In this document: positions 10,408 through 17,705 of the stretch, piece by piece | Layout: the number at the start of each line of letters is the position of its first letter | How positions within the stretch are numbered: position 1 is the stretch's first letter | NCBI GenBank assembly: GCA_003045995.1 | Contig: PZPG01000008.1 | Span: forward strand, 3,649 to 67,648 | Direction of reading: 5' to 3' | Source: Bacteroidota bacterium | GTDB taxonomy: Bacteria > Bacteroidota > Rhodothermia > Balneolales > Balneolaceae | Length of the DNA: 64,000 nucleotides | The notes under the pieces: model-generated | What the model saw: only the letters and a program-made list of their open reading frames with translations | The model's database searches: none | Told to the model about the DNA's origin: nothing | Made by a program: the position numbers and the translations under genes

Positions 10408-11093
10408 GAATGCACCTCACTGGCACTGGCCGCATCATGGTCGGCCGGCATATAAGCAAGCACCGTCTCTCCTGCCACAGTACGATCCCCCTCCTGTACT
10501 CTGATCTCAATATCTGCCGGCAGAAGCACATCCATTCTGGAACTGAATTTCATCAAACCAAATCGATCCCCACTTTGTACCGTATCTCCCTCCTTTAGTT
10601 CATACACAATACGGCGGGCCAGAAATCCGGTGATCTGTTTAAACATGACCCGAATTCCTCCCGGATGGGTGATTCCAAAGTGTGCCCGTTCATTTTCAAG
10701 TGAAGCTTCCTCCTTCCAGGCCATCAAAAACTTCCCGGGATAGTAACGTACGTAATCAACGACTCCCGACACTGGAACTCGGTTGATATGAACATCCAGC
10801 GGAGATAAAAATATGCTGATGCATCGCACCTCTTTTTGAAAGTAATCTGGTTCATGCTCCATCCGGATTGAAACAATTTTACCATCGGCGGGTGCTAGAA
10901 TCAACTCCTCTCCCACAGGAATGACCCGCTCTGGATCCCGGAAAAAAAAGATGACCACAAAGCTTACAAGGAATAATATGCTCCATATTGCCCATGAGAA
11001 CCATGCCGGTAGCAACGTGGCAATCATGGCAAAAAGAGCCGAGCCGAGCAGCACAACGGCAATAGTTGAATATCCTTGCTTAGAAATCTTCAT
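10404..11093 (-). CDS. psd: phosphatidylserine decarboxylase proenzyme (short membrane-anchored type)
   Basis: FLSPLDVHINRVPVSG and a C-terminal self-cleavage region FGLMKFSSRMDVLLP. N-terminal TM helices. 4-nt overlap with pssA. Confidence 0.88.
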   Translation of the reverse strand: MKISKQGYSTIAVVLLGSALFAMIATLLPAWFSWAIWSILFLVSFVVIFFFRDPERVIPVGEELILAPADGKIVSIRMEHEPDYFQKEVRCISIFLSPLDVHINRVPVSGVVDYVRYYPGKFLMAWKEEASLENERAHFGITHPGGIRVMFKQITGFLARRIVYELKEGDTVQSGDRFGLMKFSSRMDVLLPADIEIRVQEGDRTVAGETVLAYMPADHDAASASEVHS

Positions 11094-11104
11094 TGGAGCT
11101 TTGT

Positions 11105-12427
11105 TTATCCCAGAACCCTGAGAATATCGTTAAAAGTGACCAGAATAATCAGCGTAACAAGCAAAATAAATCCAATCTGTTGAAGACCCATTCGAACTTT
11201 TGGCGAGGGTTCCCGACGCGTAATTCCTTCATAGGCCAAGAAGAGAACATGCCCGCCATCGAGTGCCGGAATAGGCAACATATTCATAATGGCCAGTGTG
11301 ATACTTAAAAATGCCGTAATCTCCCAAAACCCAAGCCAACCACGGTTCTCTGTTGCTTCGCGCGTCACATTGGCAATGGCCACCGGACCTCCAAGGTTGT
11401 TCCTTACAGAGATTTCACCCCGGATCATCTTTCCGAGTCCCTGCACAATCCCGGTTATCGTAGCTCCTGATTTTTGAGCTGCAAACACGGCAGATTCCGG
11501 TAAAGAGTAGTCTACCTGTTCAATATCAAAAACATCTCTTGGAAGCGGAGGTGCAATTCCGATTTTTCCATCTGCAGGATCCGGAGTAACCTCCAGTGCC
11601 AACACCTGAATCCCTCGCTCTACCCGTATTAAAAGCTCCCCCTCAGCCGATTGAATTCGACTCACCAGTTGATTCCAATATGCAACCTCATTTCCATCAA
11701 TCGAAATCACACGATCCCCGGCCTCAAAACCAGCAGCTTCCGCCGGACTTCCTGGTAAAATGGCAGAGATTACAGAAGGAATTACATAGGATGGATCCAA
11801 AAAGCCCTCTTCATTGATTCGATCCAGGAAATCGGCCGGCGCGGACAGCGATAACTCCACCCCATTCCGCTCCACCAAAAAAGAGACATCTCGCTGCGTC
11901 AGTGAGGTTGGCGAAAAAAGTTCATTGAATGTCTGCACCTTCTCACCATTGATACCAATCAGCCGATCGCCTGTTTGCAAACCAATATCGGCTGCCAAAC
12001 TGCCCGGCTCGACGTACATTCCCGGTACCGAGCGGATTGGAATCACCTCCTCTCCATAGGAAAATGTGACCAATGTGTAGATCACCACGGCTAGCAAAAC
12101 ATTAAAAATTACACCAGCTAGCATCACAATCATCCGCTGCCATACCGGTTTGCTTCGAAACTCATCCTCTGCCGGCTCCTGACTCATAAATTCCGTATCC
12201 ATCGTTTCATCGATCATTCCGGCAATTTTCACGTACCCCCCAAGAGGGGTTGCACCAATCACATACTCTGTCTCTCCTTTTCGGTAGGAAAATAAGTTGG
12301 GAGGGAATCCAATCGAAAACCGGTCTACCCGCATTCCGAACAGTTTTGCAGCCAGATAATGCCCCAGCTCATGTACCGTTACTAGCAAAAAAAGTGCACA
12401 AATAAATAGTATTATCGTGGATAACAT
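11105..12427 (-). CDS. rseP: site-2 (RIP) zinc metalloprotease RseP
   Basis: HELGHYLAAKLFGMRV (HExxH), PDZ-like middle domains, and a C-terminal NMLPIPALDGGH motif. Confidence 0.94.
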   Translation of the reverse strand: MLSTIILFICALFLLVTVHELGHYLAAKLFGMRVDRFSIGFPPNLFSYRKGETEYVIGATPLGGYVKIAGMIDETMDTEFMSQEPAEDEFRSKPVWQRMIVMLAGVIFNVLLAVVIYTLVTFSYGEEVIPIRSVPGMYVEPGSLAADIGLQTGDRLIGINGEKVQTFNELFSPTSLTQRDVSFLVERNGVELSLSAPADFLDRINEEGFLDPSYVIPSVISAILPGSPAEAAGFEAGDRVISIDGNEVAYWNQLVSRIQSAEGELLIRVERGIQVLALEVTPDPADGKIGIAPPLPRDVFDIEQVDYSLPESAVFAAQKSGATITGIVQGLGKMIRGEISVRNNLGGPVAIANVTREATENRGWLGFWEITAFLSITLAIMNMLPIPALDGGHVLFLAYEGITRREPSPKVRMGLQQIGFILLVTLIILVTFNDILRVLG

Positions 12428-12432
12428 AACGG

Positions 12433-13593
12433 CTACATTCCTGGTTTAAACGCCCTTGAAAAGGATCGGGCCTCTCTGTCTGCATCCAGCAAAAGCTCAA
12501 TACTCAGCGAATCCCGGCTCTGCAGAGCCTCGGTGGCTGCGCGAACCAAATGCGGAATCTGAAGATAGTGAATCTCTCCCTTTAAAAACCGCTCAACCGC
12601 AATCTCATTGGCGGCGTTCATTACACATGGCGCGATCCCACCTTTTTTTCCACACGATATGGCAATCTCAACCATGGGAAAACGATCTTTATCGACCGGT
12701 TCAAACGTAAGTTCAAACGGATTCGTATAATCGAGTACCGGATTTTCATAGGAGATTCTATCCGGATAACTAAGCGCATACAGAATTGGAACCTTCATAT
12801 CCGGCGGCCCCATCTGCGCCTTAGAGGAGCCATCCACAAATTCAATTACCGAGTGAATAATACTTTGCGGATGAATCACCGGGACTATTCGCTCAAACCC
12901 GATATCAAACAGCCAATGGGCTTCAATGATTTCAAGTCCTTTATTCATCATCGTGGACGAATCGATGGTAATTTTGCTACCCATCTCCCAGTTTGGATGC
13001 TTTAGCGCATCTTTCGGGGTGATGTTCTTCATCTGCTCCCGACTCCAGCTTCGAAAAGGCCCTCCGCTGGCCGTAATGAGAATTCTTCGAATATGCGAGG
13101 GATCTTCACCCACCAGACACTGCAACATTGCGCTGTGTTCAGAATCTACCGGAATCATCTGTTCTCTTGCTCCGGGCAGGCCAAAAATAAGCTCCCCTCC
13201 CACCACAAGAGATTCTTTATTGGCAAGAGCCACGCGCTTTCCCGATTGAATTGCATGATACGTAGATTCAAATCCGCAAAAACCAACCAGGCTATTCACC
13301 AGCAGATCGGATTCCGGGAGCGTTGCTAATGTAACCAGGTCGGAGGCACTACCTCCCACAAATTTTGGTTCATACGCCAAATTCGCTCGTATTTTCTGGT
13401 TTGCCTGCGGATCAGTAACGACCAGATAGGGAACTTTCCATTCATTCGCCTGTGAAACCAGCTCTTTCCAGTTTCGATTGGCAGACAACGCAATCACTTC
13501 GAACTCCTCCGGCCGATTCCGAACAATTTCTAGCGTTTGGGTACCAATCGACCCCGTCGATCCCAATAGGGATAATTTTTTTTTCTTAGTCAT
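12433..13593 (-). CDS. dxr: 1-deoxy-D-xylulose 5-phosphate reductoisomerase
   Basis: LGSTGSIGTQTL NADPH-binding motif, LANKESLV, PVDSEHSA, HPNWEMG. Confidence 0.97.
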   Translation of the reverse strand: MTKKKKLSLLGSTGSIGTQTLEIVRNRPEEFEVIALSANRNWKELVSQANEWKVPYLVVTDPQANQKIRANLAYEPKFVGGSASDLVTLATLPESDLLVNSLVGFCGFESTYHAIQSGKRVALANKESLVVGGELIFGLPGAREQMIPVDSEHSAMLQCLVGEDPSHIRRILITASGGPFRSWSREQMKNITPKDALKHPNWEMGSKITIDSSTMMNKGLEIIEAHWLFDIGFERIVPVIHPQSIIHSVIEFVDGSSKAQMGPPDMKVPILYALSYPDRISYENPVLDYTNPFELTFEPVDKDRFPMVEIAISCGKKGGIAPCVMNAANEIAVERFLKGEIHYLQIPHLVRAATEALQSRDSLSIELLLDADREARSFSRAFKPGM

Positions 13594-13735
13594 ACGAATT
13601 TGCCCAGCTAATGAACCTTAAACATAACGAATTCCCGATCATTTTCGTTGATTGGAATCCTAAAATATCCCTGATAAGCGCATATCTCAAGGAACCATCC
13701 AATCAACCTACTCCTGGTAAACATTCACCCATTCA

Positions 13736-14551
13736 TCATTCACTCTGCAACGCCAAAAAAGCCACCATCCGTCCTGCATCTGCGCCGTCCCGCCGATACG
13801 ATTCACATCGTCTGTCTGTCATGGAGCAAATTTTATCCACCTCAATCTGCCCATGGGGAATCCCCAATTGCAGACACTGTTCCTGAAGAAACGATTTCAA
13901 ATCCACATGGGGTTTTTTCCCAAAGGACCGGTACACAAATGCCTCCGGAAACTGCTTGGCAACCTCCTCCCCTACCTCAAAACAGGACGCTGAGATCGAT
14001 GGCGACACATAGACACGCATCTCCTTCGCCTCCGCTCCCAGAGCCCTCATCGCACCCACTGTCTTCGGCACGATCCCGGCAACCGCTCCCCGCCATCCCG
14101 CATGAAGAGCCCCAATCACTCCATGTACCGAATCATACAACAAAACAGCTGCACAATCCGCTACCCGAATCGTAAGCATCAGGTTTCGGGTTGATGTAAC
14201 CGCCGCATCGTACCCATCGAACTCACCGCCTGCAGAACAACTCAAAACCTCGGAGCCGTGCACCTGATTTAGAACCACCTGTTGCGAACTTTCCAAGGAA
14301 TAGTGATTCCGAATCCATGCGAGCTTTTCATTGGTGCTTCGCGTTGCCTTTGAGACAGTGTTCTCAGTACCCGAATCGCCCCCAGCACCAACATCGATAA
14401 CATCACCATCAGCACGAACATGACCAATGGCACCCCCAGCACCATCACCACCCATCAGTTCACGAAACACAAACCCGGCAAAAACCCCGGATGCACGCCC
14501 CTCCCCTCTACTACCACTATCAGAAAAAATCACGGGTTCTTTAACCAACAT
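13736..14551 (-). CDS. pgeF: peptidoglycan editing factor PgeF / YfiH-type laccase-domain protein
   Basis: QVHGSEV, ADCAAVLLYD, GALHAGWRG, CSMTDRR-CESYRRDG. It carries a Gly/Asp-rich N-terminal insertion (GGDGAGGAIGHVRADGDVIDVGAGGDSG). Confidence 0.88.
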   Translation of the reverse strand: MLVKEPVIFSDSGSRGEGRASGVFAGFVFRELMGGDGAGGAIGHVRADGDVIDVGAGGDSGTENTVSKATRSTNEKLAWIRNHYSLESSQQVVLNQVHGSEVLSCSAGGEFDGYDAAVTSTRNLMLTIRVADCAAVLLYDSVHGVIGALHAGWRGAVAGIVPKTVGAMRALGAEAKEMRVYVSPSISASCFEVGEEVAKQFPEAFVYRSFGKKPHVDLKSFLQEQCLQLGIPHGQIEVDKICSMTDRRCESYRRDGADAGRMVAFLALQSE

Positions 14552-15509
14552 AAAGCCTTCTCTCTAGCTCTTTTCTGCAAAGATCCAACGGAAATTCACA
14601 CCCTGTCCAAAAACGAAACGACGCAGCCGCCTGGTGCAAAAACATCTCAACTCCATGACAAGTATCGCTCCCAAACCTATGTCCTACAATAAGAAAGGGT
14701 GTATCATATGGGTTGTATACCAAATCATACAGCAACTTCGGACCATACATACTACACACGGTCCCTAGCTCACCGATCGGCACAGGACAACCAACAGGAA
14801 ACGACAGCATCCCCGCCGGCGTCGCATTCACCAACAAAAACGCATCCTCTGCAAATGCCATCCACTGATCATACCCCACAAACTGCAACTCACCCGAATC
14901 CACATCAAATTCCCCCCGATAACTATGTTTTGCATCCTCCGGTCGTCGACTCACCAGCACAATCTCCTCCGCTCCCGCACTCAAGAGCGCATACACCACC
15001 GCGCGTGCAGCCCCGCCACTGCCAAAAATCAACACCGGAGCCTCTGCAATCCTATCCATATACACCTCAATGGGTGCCAAAAAACCCTCAATATCGGTGT
15101 TCACTGCTGTCAAAAAGCCCGATTCCGGATCCCGTCGCAACGTATTCAATGCCCCGGTTGCCAAAACCTCCTCACCACACTCATCCACCACTTCCATAAA
15201 CGACTGCTTATAAGGAATTGTCACATTAGCCCCCTGGAAATACTCACACTGATGCATCCACGCAATCGCAGCGGTAATCTCCTCCGGCAAGAGAGTTACA
15301 GCGCTATATGTGGCCTGAATCCCTGCATCCAAAAGTGCCAACGAGTGAATGACGGGCGAAAGCGAATGGCCGACCGGATTCCCAAAAAGCAGATAGTGGT
15401 CTTGTTTGGCCAACGGTGAATTCACAAACTCAGAAAACGTCTTTACGTTGCTCAAACGATATCTCTTTTTTTTATTCGGGTTGATGGGGTTGCTGATCCT
15501 GCCCGACAC
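14541..15509 (-). CDS. aroE: shikimate dehydrogenase
   Basis: LFGNPVGHSLSPVIHS, NVTIPYK, NTD, and the GSGGAARAVVYAL Rossmann motif. 11-nt overlap with pgeF. Confidence 0.92.
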   Translation of the reverse strand: MSGRISNPINPNKKKRYRLSNVKTFSEFVNSPLAKQDHYLLFGNPVGHSLSPVIHSLALLDAGIQATYSAVTLLPEEITAAIAWMHQCEYFQGANVTIPYKQSFMEVVDECGEEVLATGALNTLRRDPESGFLTAVNTDIEGFLAPIEVYMDRIAEAPVLIFGSGGAARAVVYALLSAGAEEIVLVSRRPEDAKHSYRGEFDVDSGELQFVGYDQWMAFAEDAFLLVNATPAGMLSFPVGCPVPIGELGTVCSMYGPKLLYDLVYNPYDTPFLIVGHRFGSDTCHGVEMFLHQAAASFRFWTGCEFPLDLCRKELERRLYVG

Positions 15510-15604
15510 AAGACGGTGGTCGGAACGCAGTCAAAAAAAATGCGATCTCCCTTTCAGGTGACCGCATCATGTGCAGATTGTTGTAGCTGTGTACTGCAAA
15601 ATAT

Positions 15605-15637
15605 GTACTTGCACCCGATCCCGGTATGTGCAAGTAC
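15605..15637 (-). terminator. candidate rho-independent terminator after the SRPBCC gene
   Basis: Perfect 10-bp inverted repeat gtacttgcac...gtgcaagtac with a 13-nt loop, 11 nt downstream of the stop at 15648. On the minus strand it is followed by ATATTTTG. Confidence 0.5.
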
Positions 15638-15647
15638 ACAAGATCTG

Positions 15648-16112
15648 TTAGGCAGATACTTCCGTGCTGGCTGTTTCTACCTCATCTTTGAATGTGTCGG
15701 ACTCGGCAAGCTCTTTGAACCGGTTTAGATCTTTATCGAGTTGACCAGGCAGATCTGAAATAAATTGCGCCAGTGCTTCCTCCGGTTCGCCAAAAAATGT
15801 ACGATAGTCCAACGTAAAATCAACCCGTGTACGGTTTCCATTGTCCAGTGGGGTAAATCGAATGGTCCCCGTCTGATTCAGGTTCCCGTTAATGGTAATC
15901 CAAGCAAACCGGGTGTTTCTCAAATTATCAATAATATTGGTGGTCCAGCGAAACTCTTCCGATCCTATTTGTGTTTTATACTCGAACGTTTGAGAATTGA
16001 TTTTTTCGATAGAATCGATTCGCTCAAGAAACTTTGTGAAATGAACTGGATTACACAACATTTCGTACGCCTTGGAGAGAGGGACATTGACTTCGATGCT
16101 TTCGTGCGCCAT
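15648..16112 (-). CDS. SRPBCC (polyketide cyclase/dehydrase-like) family protein
   Basis: 154 aa with the pattern typical of cyclase/dehydrase START-like proteins (IEVNVPLSKAYEMLCNPVHFTKFL...W...RFAW...G...F.PL..G.T.V). No catalytic motif can be asserted. Confidence 0.6.
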   Translation of the reverse strand: MAHESIEVNVPLSKAYEMLCNPVHFTKFLERIDSIEKINSQTFEYKTQIGSEEFRWTTNIIDNLRNTRFAWITINGNLNQTGTIRFTPLDNGNRTRVDFTLDYRTFFGEPEEALAQFISDLPGQLDKDLNRFKELAESDTFKDEVETASTEVSA

Positions 16113-16245
16113 AATTGCCTATTGATTCAGAAATTTGGGTGAATAACAAGATAATGGAGCCGTTTTCCGCCTTGGGTAAACAACAATCCATAATCGACAA
16201 AATTAAGCATTTATAAACTTGATATCAACGATTATCTTTGTCTTT

Positions 16246-17643
16246 ATGTTTCGATTTTTCCGAAGGTTTGCATCTAAGTCAATGTCTCCGTTCTCTCATC
16301 TAGTAACAGTATGCCTTCTGTTTTCCATCTTGCTTCTATCACTTCTGACAAACAGCACCATTCAAGCTAAGCAATATCAGGGGGTACCCTCTTTTTCTGC
16401 AAAAAATACAAACACCTACAGCCCCACTCGTTCGTCCTATATTAGCAGCATCATGCGCCTAAATATGACGTATACTCATCGATTTAATGATTTCGAAGTA
16501 ACCATCTCTCCCGATCTGGATATCGATTATACCGATCAAACGGATGTTATTTTCTCCCCTACCGAATATTATCTCGATCTTTATCTACAAAAAACGGATA
16601 TACGATTGGGTCGTCAATCCTTTTCATGGGGCTCCTCCCCGATTCAATCACTCAATAATTTTTTAACCCCTGTCACACTTACGGAATTCGTCCTCCCGGA
16701 TCCGGAAGACCTGCCTGATGCTCGACTAGCTCTCTCTGTTATTCAGTATTTTGGTGCGAATTACCTTCATGCTGTCTATGCCCCTGCAACCCGTGCTACG
16801 GAACTGCCTGATGTCGAATCGATCTGGTTTCCAGCGCAATCTGCTCCGTCCTTTGTAGATCTGGCATTTGAGCCTGCACAGGAAAGTTCTCTGTTTGATG
16901 GGCATCAATTTGCCTTCAGGGCAGCACTTCGATCGTTACCACAGCTTGAAATCGATTTGATGGGTTACTACTGGACGCAACCTTTGCCGTCACTTGGGAT
17001 CTATTTTACCCCGGGAGCGCCTGGAGAGAATCCTCTGATCACGCTTCGGCAGGAACTACGCCGTTCCTGGATGGCTGGTGCTGCCTTGAGCTGGTCTAGT
17101 GGGCGCTGGATCGTGCGCCAGGAGTGGCTGATCATTCCGGACCGGCAAGTTCATCGGTTCAATATCCCGGTATCCCGCCTTCGAGCATTCTCCCTGGATC
17201 CGCAGAGTGATCTGGGTGTTCTCTCCGATTTTGAACTCCGGGAAGACGGATATCTTATCTCGAAACCCTCCTTGTCCAATACGACCGGTTTTGAGGCTTC
17301 TCTTTGGGGAGGAACATTGGGTGGTGAGGTTCAAACCCGGATCCTTTACGGTGTAACAGACAACATTCTTGCCGAACCAATCACATTCTCTCTCATCGGA
17401 TTTTTTGAACGCTCTTTCGCAAATGATCGGTTACAAATACTCAGTCTTGGCACCTATCAACCCACGGGTCGTGACTTTTGGGGTCGATTAGAGATCAGCT
17501 ATCAAGCAACCGACACATTCAGTATTGGAACTGGAGGAAACGTTTTTTCAGGACCGGAACCCGAACCGCTCTACAGCGAACTCACGTTCCACTCCTTTCG
17601 AAGAAACAGTTCCTTCTATCTCAAATTTACCCTCGATCTATGA
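16246..17643 (+). CDS. putative outer-membrane beta-barrel protein (unknown family)
   Basis: Signal-like N-terminus (LVTVCLLFSILLLSLLTNSTIQA). Alternating beta-strand-like sequence, aromatic-rich, with a C-terminal FYLKFTLDL. I prefer the ATG at 16246 to the TTG at 16219. It lies immediately upstream of the MMPL exporter. Confidence 0.55.
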   Translation: MFRFFRRFASKSMSPFSHLVTVCLLFSILLLSLLTNSTIQAKQYQGVPSFSAKNTNTYSPTRSSYISSIMRLNMTYTHRFNDFEVTISPDLDIDYTDQTDVIFSPTEYYLDLYLQKTDIRLGRQSFSWGSSPIQSLNNFLTPVTLTEFVLPDPEDLPDARLALSVIQYFGANYLHAVYAPATRATELPDVESIWFPAQSAPSFVDLAFEPAQESSLFDGHQFAFRAALRSLPQLEIDLMGYYWTQPLPSLGIYFTPGAPGENPLITLRQELRRSWMAGAALSWSSGRWIVRQEWLIIPDRQVHRFNIPVSRLRAFSLDPQSDLGVLSDFELREDGYLISKPSLSNTTGFEASLWGGTLGGEVQTRILYGVTDNILAEPITFSLIGFFERSFANDRLQILSLGTYQPTGRDFWGRLEISYQATDTFSIGTGGNVFSGPEPEPLYSELTFHSFRRNSSFYLKFTLDL

Positions 17644-17705
17644 AGCTGTTTGCATCAACCCGTTTTATGAACCGTACGTATTAACCGCTATATAACCATC
17701 AAGCT

